From positions 7,609 through 71,608 of the forward strand of contig JAHQXB010000063.1 of the NCBI GenBank assembly GCA_029856435.1: DNA of 64,000 nucleotides, given 5' to 3'. Shown one piece after another: positions 53,862 to 63,498 of the stretch (positions are counted from its first letter, which is position 1; each line of letters begins with the position of its first letter). This DNA is from Candidatus Jordarchaeia archaeon (GTDB lineage Archaea; Asgardarchaeota; Jordiarchaeia; Jordiarchaeales; Jordiarchaeaceae). Position numbers and translations under genes: made by a program. The notes under the pieces were generated by a model, which made no database searches, was not told the origin of the DNA, and worked only from the letters and a program-made list of their open reading frames with translations.

Positions 53862-54884
53862 TTGGAGGCTAATTTTTTGACCTGTCACGTCTTGGTGGGC
53901 GGTTTCTTCGGAGATGAAGGAAAAGGGAAAATTATTTCCTACCTAGCTATAAAGGATAATGCGTCAATATGTGTAAGGGCAGGTGTTGGCACAAACGCGG
54001 GACACACAGTTGAATACAAAGGTAAAACCTACAAGTTGAGGCAGATATCAAGCGGATTTGTCCAAGAAAAGGCCAAAATACTAATCGGGCCCGGCGTACT
54101 GGTTAATCCTGACATTCTAAAAAAGGAGATAGAGGAAACAGGAGTGGGGAACAGAATAAAAATTGATGGACAGTGCGCAATAATCGAAGCAAAGCACATA
54201 GAAGAAGATAGAGGCTCCTCGTTTCTCAAAGAGAAGATTGGGAGTACTGGCAGCGGATGTGGACCTTGCAACGTGGAGAGGGTAATGAGACGGGCTAAAC
54301 TGGCAAAGGACATTGCAAATCTTTCCCAGTATATCACAGATGTCCCATTGGAGGTTAACACAGCCATCGATGAGGGTAAGCATGTTTTAGTGGAGGGAAC
54401 TCAAGGCACGTTCCTGTCACTATACCACGGTACTTACCCTTTTGTAACCAGTAAAGACACCACCGCATCTCAAGCTTGTGCAGATGTGGGCGTGGGGCCA
54501 ACCAAGGTGGACGAAGTTTTCGTTGTTTTCAAGTCGTATACTACTAGAGTTGGAGCAGGACCTCTCACTGAAGAATTGTCTGAGGAGGAAGCTAAAAAGA
54601 GGGGGTGGTTTGAAACTGCAACAGTGACTGGAAGGAAAAGAAGAGCAGCGCCCTTTAACTTTGAATTGGCAAAAAGAGCCGTCATGCTCAATGGCGCCAC
54701 ACAGGCTGCCTTGACGAAACTTGACGTAATCTATCCAGAATGCGCTGGAGCTAGGTCTATAGAAGACCTGTCCAGAGAGGCCCTCTCCTTCGTAAGAAAA
54801 ATTGAGGAAACAATAAAAATTCCCGTAAGTCTTATAGGAACAGGGCCTAACACCATGGATATAATAGACCTCAGAGAAGCATAA
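53862..54884 (+). CDS. purA: Adenylosuccinate synthetase (short archaeal type)
   Basis: TTG start. GGFFGDEGKGKII, NAGHTV, GSTGSGCGP and TGRKRR. Confidence 0.9.
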   Translation: MEANFLTCHVLVGGFFGDEGKGKIISYLAIKDNASICVRAGVGTNAGHTVEYKGKTYKLRQISSGFVQEKAKILIGPGVLVNPDILKKEIEETGVGNRIKIDGQCAIIEAKHIEEDRGSSFLKEKIGSTGSGCGPCNVERVMRRAKLAKDIANLSQYITDVPLEVNTAIDEGKHVLVEGTQGTFLSLYHGTYPFVTSKDTTASQACADVGVGPTKVDEVFVVFKSYTTRVGAGPLTEELSEEEAKKRGWFETATVTGRKRRAAPFNFELAKRAVMLNGATQAALTKLDVIYPECAGARSIEDLSREALSFVRKIEETIKIPVSLIGTGPNTMDIIDLREA

Positions 54885-54914
54885 TTCTTGATAAAAACAT
54901 AAAGTATTGTGAAA

Positions 54915-55694
54915 TTAGAGCTTTTCTTTAGAAGTGGTGAGCTGGGGGACTTCTTTTGACATGAAGTTTCTTAAGGCTCTTATTAGTGCATCGACCCCCT
55001 CTATCATGGATATTGCGACAGGGATGCGTTCCACTTCTGCTATTTTTACAGCAAGGGGGTCCAGTTTCTTTGGTCCATGAATTATAAGTAGGGACGGTTT
55101 CAATGAGCGGGTGGTTCCTATCTGGCTAGTTTTAATAGCCACCATAGAAGCTCTTCCACTAATCACATTTGTGAATATGGCAGCACGCTGGGGCGTAGCT
55201 CCATAGAGTTTGAGAAGCTGTTCGGAGGAAAGATTAACTATAGCGTTGATGACGTCAATAGCAGTATATCCATATATCGGCTGGCTTAGCAGATCCTTGT
55301 TTACAAGTACTTCGCATTCTAGGTATTCACATAAAACCTCAGATTTGATAGCATATGGAAACTCTCTAATATCTAGAATGATGTCTGAAGGAATTTCCTT
55401 GGTTATAATTCTAGTCAAACCATTAACTACTTGGCCGCCCTTCAGGTCGTCTAGGTAGACTAAAGCCTCAACAAATTTTTTAATGGTGTCTATTCGGGGA
55501 GAAACCCTTCTACCACTCTCATAGTCACTAATCACTGAGGGAGAGAGTCCAAGAATGTCCGCTAGGTCCTTTTGAGGAATCTGAAACCTTTCTCTCCACT
55601 TCCGCATCACTTTGCCTGGATCATCAGATAATGCTATTTCTCCGGCAATGCTCTGACATAAACTTTTTTTACTTTCATCGATGGAGCTACGCAT
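54915..55694 (-). CDS. XRE-family HTH transcription regulator with a C-terminal archaeal regulator domain
   Basis: HTH region IPQKDLADILGLSPSVISDYESGRR. 259 aa. Confidence 0.6.
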   Translation of the reverse strand: MRSSIDESKKSLCQSIAGEIALSDDPGKVMRKWRERFQIPQKDLADILGLSPSVISDYESGRRVSPRIDTIKKFVEALVYLDDLKGGQVVNGLTRIITKEIPSDIILDIREFPYAIKSEVLCEYLECEVLVNKDLLSQPIYGYTAIDVINAIVNLSSEQLLKLYGATPQRAAIFTNVISGRASMVAIKTSQIGTTRSLKPSLLIIHGPKKLDPLAVKIAEVERIPVAISMIEGVDALIRALRNFMSKEVPQLTTSKEKL

Positions 55695-55966
55695 AGACTA
55701 TGAACACTCCTTTGAAAAATAGTTTAATGATTTAAAGCATTTAAGGGATAGAATATAAGTCTTTCGACAAATGTTGAAAAAAGTTCTAATTTTGTCGAAT
55801 ATACCCTTTATGAAACGGCAATTTTATTTTGGGAAATTTATAGGTCGAACTTCTTTATAAATAAAATTTGTTTTAAATTATTTAAAATTTTTGTGTAGAT
55901 TTTTCCAAAATTTTTAAATAGTATGAGGAATTTTTATCCGTTTTGTGTCATTCTTTTTTGTATCTA

Positions 55967-56509
55967 TTAGAGCTTTTTTAATATGTTATCTAGGCTATCT
56001 ACATCTGATTTGAGCACGTTTTGAAGATGCTTCAGAGCGAAATTGTGATCTTCATCTGTTAGTGCCGCTACACAGTCCCTTGGAACTATTACTTTATATC
56101 CGAGCAGGGTGGCGCTGCTACCCGTGTGTAGAATGCAGATATCGGTACACACTCCCGTTAACACAAGCGTGTCTATTTTCTTACTTTTTAGAATTTTTTC
56201 TAGGTTCGTTCTAAAGAAGCCGTCATATGTTTTTTTCTTAACTACTATGTCATCCTTCTGGGGCTTCAGCTCATCTATAACCTCAGATCCCTTAGTTTTT
56301 TCTACAGCGTGTGGCGGCCATATTTTGAATTCTCGGTCATCAGGGTCATGGCTATCCGCTATGAATATTACGGGGATTTTTTTGTTCCTTGCGTGTTCTA
56401 TGAGTCTCTTTATGGGAGCTATTATTTTTCTTCCAGCAGAACATTCTAGGGGTGCTCCTTCCAGAATAAAATCATTTAGCATATCTATAACCAAGATTGC
56501 AGGTTTCAT
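55967..56509 (-). CDS. Isochorismatase-family cysteine hydrolase (nicotinamidase-like)
   Basis: ILVIDMLNDF, the active-site context LTGVCTDICI. 180 aa. Confidence 0.75.
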   Translation of the reverse strand: MKPAILVIDMLNDFILEGAPLECSAGRKIIAPIKRLIEHARNKKIPVIFIADSHDPDDREFKIWPPHAVEKTKGSEVIDELKPQKDDIVVKKKTYDGFFRTNLEKILKSKKIDTLVLTGVCTDICILHTGSSATLLGYKVIVPRDCVAALTDEDHNFALKHLQNVLKSDVDSLDNILKKL

Positions 56510-56512
56510 TTC

Positions 56513-58159
56513 TCAGCATCCTCCAAATTTTTTAATTTTTTCTACGAATGACTCGAGACTGCATTCAAAAGCGCCCACAGGATACTCTAAATCGAAATTA
56601 TTTAACACTTCTGGGTGAATTTCACCGACATGCCCTATAATTTTTCGATCGGTCTCAATTGAAGCCACCCGTCCTTCCATAAAACTTGGGTGGGAGATTG
56701 GGCGGAATTTCCACTGTTTACATCCTAACTCCCTTAGGAGAGCCTCTACGATAGCCTTTATGTCAGTGAACCCTACCTTAGTGTCGGTAATGGCTGCTGC
56801 GACGTTTAGTTGGCGTCGGGCACTAGTTTCAGCTTCAGGATCATAAAATACGATATCTCCCACTTCAAATATTTTTTGAGGAAGAGCTTCGTGCTTATTA
56901 ATTTTTAGAATCTTAATTAGCCCTGGAAGTAGGGCATCTCTAACCATGTTGAATTCGACACTCACAGGATTAAGTAGCTCCACTGGTTTACCTTTCGTTC
57001 GCATGTAATCATAGTGTTCTTTGAAGTTTGTCAATGTGAAGCTGATAACTTCATTAAGCCCCAGCCCTACTAACACACTTTTTACAATGTTTGATAATTT
57101 CTGGTAGGGGTGGGCTTCAGCAATAGTCAAGGTTTTGGGAAAAGTTGGCTTCAGGTTGTAAAGACCATAACCTATGGCTACCTCTTCTACAAAGTCTACT
57201 TCGTGCATAATATCGTGGCGATATGCTGGAACCCGCACATTTATCTTGTCACCATTATATTCTGCTTCCATGCGAACTTTTTCTAGGGATTTAATGATTT
57301 CCTGTACGGGGAGCTCTAGTCCCAGTAAGCGGTTTACATAATCCGGGTGTATCGACCAAGTTTTGGGTGTAAGGTCAGGGGTTGTGATAACTTTGTCGGA
57401 GTATTCCACTTTCACACTCTCTATTTTAGCGCCCCCCTCAGCTAGAGAGGTTACGAGAATGTTTAGTGTACTAGTAACATCCTTCATTGTGGTCCCGGTT
57501 ACATCTATGAAAAGATTTCTAGTTTCCTCCGTGAGCTGGGTCAAAATGCCATTAATTATGGGGGGGAAGGATAAAACGTTGTTGTTAACATCAGTGATGA
57601 GGGGATATTTAGGTTTTCCTTCCATTATGTGGGCGTAATCCCTACCCTTTGGATGTTTCATCAAAATTTCTTTGGGAGTAAGCTCCACTGCCCAGTTAAG
57701 AGGAATAAATTTTATTCCCTCAGGATCTACAGCTCGATACTCGAAGGGGGGTTTAACCTTGTCAAAATCATGAATCCCTATAGACGATTTTACCCTGTCT
57801 CTACCTATAGCCCAATGTAGGTCTTCTTGCATCCCTATAAGTTCAACTATGTTTTCATCGTTAAGTGAAACATTTCTAACTACTGCACAGACAATGTATG
57901 GTCTAATCTCTGCCAGTGCGGGATCTACTCTCACTACCACGCCGCTTTCGGCAACCTTGTATTTTGGAAGCCCAGTCTCTATTTCCATAAATCCTCGGAG
58001 AGCCCGAGCAATTCCTTCCTGGCTTGAAAAGTCTGGACGATTAGGATTATATTCGACTTTAAGGTAATTTTCTGCCTTCTCTTCTATGTCCACTCCCAGC
58101 CAGGGAACCATTTTTTCAAGTTCGTCGGAATCGATTTTTCTTCCCAACAATTCACTCAT
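56513..58159 (-). CDS. pheT: Phenylalanyl-tRNA synthetase beta subunit (archaeal type)
   Basis: 548-aa ORF with B3/4 and B5 domain-like regions. It sits directly downstream of pheS. Confidence 0.9.
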   Translation of the reverse strand: MSELLGRKIDSDELEKMVPWLGVDIEEKAENYLKVEYNPNRPDFSSQEGIARALRGFMEIETGLPKYKVAESGVVVRVDPALAEIRPYIVCAVVRNVSLNDENIVELIGMQEDLHWAIGRDRVKSSIGIHDFDKVKPPFEYRAVDPEGIKFIPLNWAVELTPKEILMKHPKGRDYAHIMEGKPKYPLITDVNNNVLSFPPIINGILTQLTEETRNLFIDVTGTTMKDVTSTLNILVTSLAEGGAKIESVKVEYSDKVITTPDLTPKTWSIHPDYVNRLLGLELPVQEIIKSLEKVRMEAEYNGDKINVRVPAYRHDIMHEVDFVEEVAIGYGLYNLKPTFPKTLTIAEAHPYQKLSNIVKSVLVGLGLNEVISFTLTNFKEHYDYMRTKGKPVELLNPVSVEFNMVRDALLPGLIKILKINKHEALPQKIFEVGDIVFYDPEAETSARRQLNVAAAITDTKVGFTDIKAIVEALLRELGCKQWKFRPISHPSFMEGRVASIETDRKIIGHVGEIHPEVLNNFDLEYPVGAFECSLESFVEKIKKFGGC

Positions 58160-58210
58160 CCTATTGCAAGTCAGGGTTATTACTGGAATTTTAATTCCCT
58201 CCGATAATTT

Positions 58211-59734
58211 CTATAATAGTATGGGAGTTCTTCTAATCCACCCTAAATCGTTTTTATAGAGGTCTCTTATGTCCTCTAAACCTAGGCGAAGCATAGCAAG
58301 CCTTTCAAAACCCCCGCCCCAAGCTAGAACAGGAACTTTTACGCCGAGGGGAATCGTTACTTCGGGGCGAAAGATGCCCATACCGCAGAGTTCTATCCAA
58401 CCAAACTCTTCCACGTAAACAGTGGATTGTAGCGAAGGCTCCGTGTATGGGAAATAGCTAGGCCAGAACTGCACCTTCTCGAAACCTAAACGTTTATAAA
58501 ACTCAGTTAAGGTTCCCATCAGGTCTCTAAGTGTCACATTCTCGTCTACAATAATACCCTCTATTTGAAAGAATTCTGCTAAATGTTTGTAGTCCAGTTT
58601 TTCATTCCTATAGACTCTGTCAACGGAAAAAACCTTTACGGGGGGTTCGGGGTGCTCCGCCAGGTAGCGAATCGTTGTTGCGGTAGTATGTGTTCTCAGA
58701 ATAGTTTGGCGAGCAATACGGGCATCCCATTTGTAGCCCCATCCAGTTGAACCAGTTTTCCATCCGTCTTCGTGTGTTTTTGACACCCTTTGAACAGTCT
58801 GTTTATCCGGAAGCTTGGCGGTTTTGGGAAACTTTAGATAAAAGGTATCATGCATTTCTCGTGCCGGATGGTCCTGAGGTTGGAACAAGGCGTCAAAATT
58901 CCAAAAAGCAGACTCCACAAACGGTCCTCTTATTTCGGTGAATCCTAAATTCAAAAAGATTTCCCTAATTTCGTTAATCAATTCCGCTACGGGGTGAATT
59001 TTCCCCGGATGAATCGTGACTACTGGAGCTTCAACATCATACTTCCTAAATTTGGTACTGCGCCATTTCCCTGACTTTATGAGATCTGAAGTAAGGATGC
59101 TGACTTCCTCTACAACACTAACTCCTGATTGAACGAGTCTTCTTCCCTCCTCAGTTATAATTAGAGAACGAACCTTTTCCTGGCGTACGTTAATTACATT
59201 TCTTTTTTGTAAAAGGTCAAGCATTTCTTTCATTTCGTTTGGTAGCTGGGATTCCTCTACTACACCTCTGTCCTTTAATAAGTTTAATAAGTTCTCGTCA
59301 TCCCCTAGAGGGGGCTGCTCCTTAACACAGATAAGAGTTTCGTTATCTTGTTTCCTAAATTCAGCCCAATTTTTTCTTCGAAGCCACCCGAGAGCTATTT
59401 TTAGTTCCTCCTCGGAGAAACTAGCTTCTTTAGAAAGTTGGGATAAAGTGGCGCTGCCCCCCAACTTTAATATAATATTCAAGAGCCGCCTCTCCGGAAG
59501 TCCTTCTTCCACGTATCTAGAGCCCTCTTTGAGTATTTCCACGTAAAGTTTTTGTGTTTCTCTCAGCTCAACCAAACCCTTTTCGCCCAGCCATGCTGAG
59601 GCTCTAACCACCGCAACATGGTCTAACCCCGTTTCTTTCCCTAAATCGCTGATTGTGGTTTCCGCTTTGCTATTGCTTAATGCTTTTAGAATTTTAAGCT
59701 CTATTTCCCGTAAATTTACTTGTTCTTTCTCCAT
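58211..59734 (-). CDS. pheS: Phenylalanyl-tRNA synthetase alpha subunit (archaeal type with N-terminal wH repeats)
   Basis: Class II motifs (HPAREMHDTFY, LRTHTTA, GMGIFRPEV, GGGFERLAML). 507 aa. Confidence 0.9.
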   Translation of the reverse strand: MEKEQVNLREIELKILKALSNSKAETTISDLGKETGLDHVAVVRASAWLGEKGLVELRETQKLYVEILKEGSRYVEEGLPERRLLNIILKLGGSATLSQLSKEASFSEEELKIALGWLRRKNWAEFRKQDNETLICVKEQPPLGDDENLLNLLKDRGVVEESQLPNEMKEMLDLLQKRNVINVRQEKVRSLIITEEGRRLVQSGVSVVEEVSILTSDLIKSGKWRSTKFRKYDVEAPVVTIHPGKIHPVAELINEIREIFLNLGFTEIRGPFVESAFWNFDALFQPQDHPAREMHDTFYLKFPKTAKLPDKQTVQRVSKTHEDGWKTGSTGWGYKWDARIARQTILRTHTTATTIRYLAEHPEPPVKVFSVDRVYRNEKLDYKHLAEFFQIEGIIVDENVTLRDLMGTLTEFYKRLGFEKVQFWPSYFPYTEPSLQSTVYVEEFGWIELCGMGIFRPEVTIPLGVKVPVLAWGGGFERLAMLRLGLEDIRDLYKNDLGWIRRTPILL

Positions 59735-60020
59735 GTCTTTTTCCTCCAGAGCCTAAACAATAGAGGCTGGCAACTAATTACTGGCTCAGCGTTAACCAAA
59801 CGTTTAAAACTCTTAAAAAAATTTGGGTTACCCTTACTTAAGAGCCCTCATAATTATTTTTAGTAAAATTATAAAAAAGTTACGAAGTGCATTTTTGACA
59901 TTTCCCGCAACTTAGTCGGGAGCCTTCTTGTCAACGGTTCTGCAAGAGGCATAATCGAAAAGGGTAATATTAATAAGATTTGTTTCGCAATGATATTCGG
60001 GTGTTTGTTAGAATAGAAAT

Positions 60021-60494
60021 TTATTTCAATAGTTTTCCCTGTTCATTTATTTTTCCTTCTCGAATTCTCGTACTCGAAATGCGTTGCCCATCTTGAGCTA
60101 GAACAAGGGGTGCTAGAACGATTTCTAGAGGAGGTAACCCTTTTTCCTCACGTATCATGTTAATTTTTTTAACTCCGGGCAGTGTTTCTTCGGTTGCAAC
60201 TAAAGCTTCTAAACCCGCATCCATTATAGCTGGACCGTAGGGATCATCCAAGCTTATTATTTCAGCCCTATTCAAGTAACCTTCTTCTTTGAGAAACTCC
60301 TCCAATTTTTTCTTTCTCACCGCGTAAGGTTCTATCTTGTTTGCCAGAGTCTTGTGTTGTGCCATTCTGCTTGTGGTCAGCCCAATCATTACTCGTTCAC
60401 TGACCTCGAAGGCTTTACGTATCAGAGCTTTGTGCCCAATGTGAAGTCTATCAAAAGTTCCCGAAACACCAACTAACCTAAAACGGTAGGACAT
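60021..60494 (-). CDS. Archaeal phosphopantetheine adenylyltransferase (cytidylyltransferase family)
   Basis: GTFDRLHIGHKALI (HxGH nucleotidyltransferase motif) and ISSTRIR. 157 aa. Confidence 0.8.
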   Translation of the reverse strand: MSYRFRLVGVSGTFDRLHIGHKALIRKAFEVSERVMIGLTTSRMAQHKTLANKIEPYAVRKKKLEEFLKEEGYLNRAEIISLDDPYGPAIMDAGLEALVATEETLPGVKKINMIREEKGLPPLEIVLAPLVLAQDGQRISSTRIREGKINEQGKLLK

Positions 60495-60595
60495 ATTAAT
60501 TTCTCCAAAATCACTATTATACTGGTAACAATTATATATGCATCTTCACAGAAAACTTAACGAGTTAAAACTATTGTATGGTGGGGACATAAATA

Positions 60596-61477
60596 ATGCT
60601 TGATGCTAATGTTTTGGAGTCTTATAGGACGGCCGGCGGTATAGCGGCTAAGGTTAGAGAAGAAGCAGGAAAAATCGTGAAGGAGGGGATACCACTAATA
60701 AAAGTCTGTGAGGTACTTGAGAGGAAAATAGTAAAGGAGGGTGGGAAGCCTGCTTTTCCACTAAACATTTCATTAGACGATGTGGCTGCCCATTATACCT
60801 CGCCTCCCGATGATAAAACAACTATTCCCCCCAAGGCCCTAGTTAAGGTGGATATAGGAGTTCACGTTGAAGGCTACATTGCCGATACAGCCGTTACAAT
60901 CAGTGTGGGTAAGGTGGGGATGGAACTAATCAAGGCATCAGAACTAGCCCTCGAAAACGCCTTGAAAACAATAAAACATGGAGCAAAATCTAGCAGTATA
61001 GGAGAAATTATTGAAAAAACCATAAAAGAATTTGGCTTTAAACCCATTTCCAACCTCACCGGCCACTTACTAGAAAGGTATAATCTACATGCGGGAAAAG
61101 CCATCCCAAATGTGAAGACGAGGATAGGATTTGTTCTAAAGGAGGGAGAAGTTTACGCCATGGAGCCCTTCGCCACCATAGGGGAGGGAATAGTGGAAGA
61201 CTCCAAGTACGCCTACATTTACCGCCTACCCAGCCCCAAAGCATCACCACAATTTTTATCCTATATTGCTCGAGAATTTAAAACATTGCCCTTCGCAGCT
61301 CGATGGCTAATCTACAAGTTTCCAAGAAACAAAATAGAGGAACTCATCAGAAAGTTTATATTGTCACAAACAATTCAAGCCTACCCGGTTTTAATGGAAA
61401 GGGGAAAGGGAGCGGTATCCCAAGCGGAACACACATTTATCGTTAAAAGGAATGGCTGCGAAGTAATCTCTGCTTAG
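60596..61477 (+). CDS. map: Methionine aminopeptidase, type 2 (archaeal)
   Basis: Pita-bread fold metal-ligand contexts (VKVDIGVHVEGYIADTA, GHLLERY, AMEPF, AEHTF). 293 aa. Confidence 0.9.
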   Translation: MLDANVLESYRTAGGIAAKVREEAGKIVKEGIPLIKVCEVLERKIVKEGGKPAFPLNISLDDVAAHYTSPPDDKTTIPPKALVKVDIGVHVEGYIADTAVTISVGKVGMELIKASELALENALKTIKHGAKSSSIGEIIEKTIKEFGFKPISNLTGHLLERYNLHAGKAIPNVKTRIGFVLKEGEVYAMEPFATIGEGIVEDSKYAYIYRLPSPKASPQFLSYIAREFKTLPFAARWLIYKFPRNKIEELIRKFILSQTIQAYPVLMERGKGAVSQAEHTFIVKRNGCEVISA

Positions 61478-61893
61478 TACTCCTCCTTCTCCTCTATCTT
61501 AGACATGGGCACAGAGTATATGGCACTTATGTATCTCTCAGAATTACAAGCGTTGCAAGTCCCAATTTTTTTGAAAACGTAGTCACCCCTTTGGAAATCT
61601 CTAACCTCCCTATAATCACAACCATAACATTTCAAAACTGTCACAGTCTTATACTCTACAGCTGGCTTGGAGCGGGAAAACAGTATCAAAGGATAAATTG
61701 CAATAAGAAACGCGAAAAACGCATATAACAATCTCTGATTCCTAACACCAGTAAACAAATCCCAAAAAAGATCACTCAACGAAGGATTAAAGTAGAGATA
61801 TAGTATGAACACTCCAACGGCTGCGACTCCCGCCGAGAACACGAATAAAAACAAATTGAATATTCTTCTTCTACTCTGCGACACAATGATCAC
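61474..61893 (-). CDS. Membrane protein with a C-terminal zinc-ribbon-like motif
   Basis: 139-aa ORF with two hydrophobic helices, then CYGC...CNAC. Confidence 0.4.
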   Translation of the reverse strand: MIIVSQSRRRIFNLFLFVFSAGVAAVGVFILYLYFNPSLSDLFWDLFTGVRNQRLLYAFFAFLIAIYPLILFSRSKPAVEYKTVTVLKCYGCDYREVRDFQRGDYVFKKIGTCNACNSERYISAIYSVPMSKIEEKEEY

Positions 61894-61899
61894 CCAATT

Positions 61900-63051
61900 T
61901 TAACCTATACCTATACAATTACCTATTCCAGCAACAATAACCGTGTCGCCGGGCTTGGTGCGTTCAAGAATCATGTTTTTTACCCGCTCAGCGGCTTTAT
62001 AGGCACCATCATAAATTTCCTTCTTCATAGGGGTCAAAGCTTCTTCAACAGACATTTTAATTATAACTGCATCCACAGGAACTTTATGACTCGTTACCTC
62101 CTGCTCTATCTTAAACTTGTCAACACCCGGACCGCCAATAGCAGCCCCAACACCCTCCACTACTTTACCAGTCTTCTCTCCTTCAAATTTCAACCCAGCG
62201 TCAATCATAATAACTCTAGCAATTTTCCCATTAGCCTCCTTGATAAGATTAACAATAGCATCACCCGGCTTTCCAACACGACCCCCCGGACCGATAGCCC
62301 TCACAATTAACACATTTCTATCCTCAAAAGTTATGGGAGTTAGGGAAATGTCCTCAGCAATCTCACTAGACTCGGCATTCCCATCCTTCGAAAATTCGTT
62401 TTTAAAAATAGAAGCAACGAGAGCACCAGCACCGTCCCCTATAGGCTGACCCTCATTAAAGGCCTTCAAAGCGTTATAATAAGCCTTAGCATACTTCATA
62501 ATAAATGAAAGCGCAACCTGAACACTCACAATCATAGCATAATTATTAGTCTCCTTACCCATGTAGTAGAAGTGCCTAATAACCAAAAACATCTGACGCA
62601 AAGCCATAGCAGCCTCAAAGGTCATATCAATGTTAGCCCTCTGATCACGATCCGCAGCCGGCGCCAACCTAGCAATAAGATCATCAAACCTAGACTTCCT
62701 CACATCAAGCAAATGTTCAAGCCTCTTAAAAACACCCGAAGGATCACGCTCCACAGGCTCAATTAAAACAAACTCCATATAGTCCTCCACTATGGGCGCA
62801 GGATCCTTCTCCGGCTTACCCAACTCCCTAATCATCCTAATAGTAGTCTTTTTAGCCTCCTCAGACCACTTCTCAAGCTGAGTTATAACCTCCCGAATCT
62901 GCGCCAAATACTGCATACTCTGAACCTTCAAAATTAAACCACTAAAAATCATAAAGATAAAGAAAAGGAATATCAGAATATTCATGATAAGAATGTATGG
63001 GTCAGAATAGCCAAGCGGCAACTGCAACGAGGGAAACAACATAACCATCAC
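61900..63051 (-). CDS. Conserved archaeal membrane-anchored protein (DUF1512-like)
   Basis: 383-aa ORF with an N-terminal TM helix followed by a large soluble domain. The family call is from memory of DUF1512 architecture only. Confidence 0.4.
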   Translation of the reverse strand: MMVMLFPSLQLPLGYSDPYILIMNILIFLFFIFMIFSGLILKVQSMQYLAQIREVITQLEKWSEEAKKTTIRMIRELGKPEKDPAPIVEDYMEFVLIEPVERDPSGVFKRLEHLLDVRKSRFDDLIARLAPAADRDQRANIDMTFEAAMALRQMFLVIRHFYYMGKETNNYAMIVSVQVALSFIMKYAKAYYNALKAFNEGQPIGDGAGALVASIFKNEFSKDGNAESSEIAEDISLTPITFEDRNVLIVRAIGPGGRVGKPGDAIVNLIKEANGKIARVIMIDAGLKFEGEKTGKVVEGVGAAIGGPGVDKFKIEQEVTSHKVPVDAVIIKMSVEEALTPMKKEIYDGAYKAAERVKNMILERTKPGDTVIVAGIGNCIGIG

Positions 63052-63195
63052 ACAACACTAAACCTTCACATTTGCAAAACTATTAAAACACACACATAAA
63101 AGATTTATAAGCATTGCCAGAAAACACAATCCAAAATACTCCTGAGAAAATAAAAGGCATAGAAAAGTAAAAGGCAAAGTTAAGAAAAAGTGGAT

Positions 63196-63379
63196 TGGTC
63201 CCGCAGGCCGGACTTTCAAATATAGTGTATAGTGCACTATAAACTTTGAACCAGCGACGTTGGGGCTGAGTACTATGCGCACCCAGTTATCCCGGTGTCT
63301 GAGTGCCTACTGGGGTAAGCCACACTTAACGAGTGCAGCTCTACAGCCGGGCACTCTAGCCAGTCTGAGTTACTGCGGG
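63196..63379 (-). tRNA. tRNA-Tyr(GUA) with three introns (37/38, variable loop, T-loop), a C1-G72 pair and an encoded CCA
   Basis: Hand-folded cloverleaf elements:
- acceptor CCCGCAG (63379-63373) / CTGCGGG (63206-63200), then A and CCA;
- D arm ACTC-AGACTGGCTA-GAGT;
- anticodon stem CCCGG/CCGGG with loop CTGTAGA (anticodon 63344-63342);
- variable loop AT..GTC;
- T arm GCTGG-TTCAAA..T-CCGGC.
Introns: 63339-63296 (44 nt), 63288-63259 (30 nt) and 63244-63213 (32 nt). The spliced 3' half (AUGUC GCUGG UUCAAAU CCGGC) matches M. jannaschii tRNA-Tyr as I recall it. Confidence 0.9.
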
Positions 63380-63498
63380 ACCTTCAGGGTATCCTTTTCA
63401 GTTATGATTTCTAGATGTTTATTGTCAGATAAATTTTTCGTATTTGCGGATGCGGATTTAACTTGTATATTTTTTAAGGGTTGGTTGGGAGATGTGTT

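Noticed and set aside
63196-63382. RNase P RNA (possibly permuted) or SRP RNA, suggested by GAAAGTCCGG, a CCCGGCTGT partner strand and a 10-bp closing helix
   Set aside because: The motif order is wrong for RNase P. The whole segment folds exactly into tRNA-Tyr(GUA) plus three introns. The GAAAGTCC string is created by the T-loop intron/exon junction, and the closing helix is the acceptor stem plus leader/CCA pairing.
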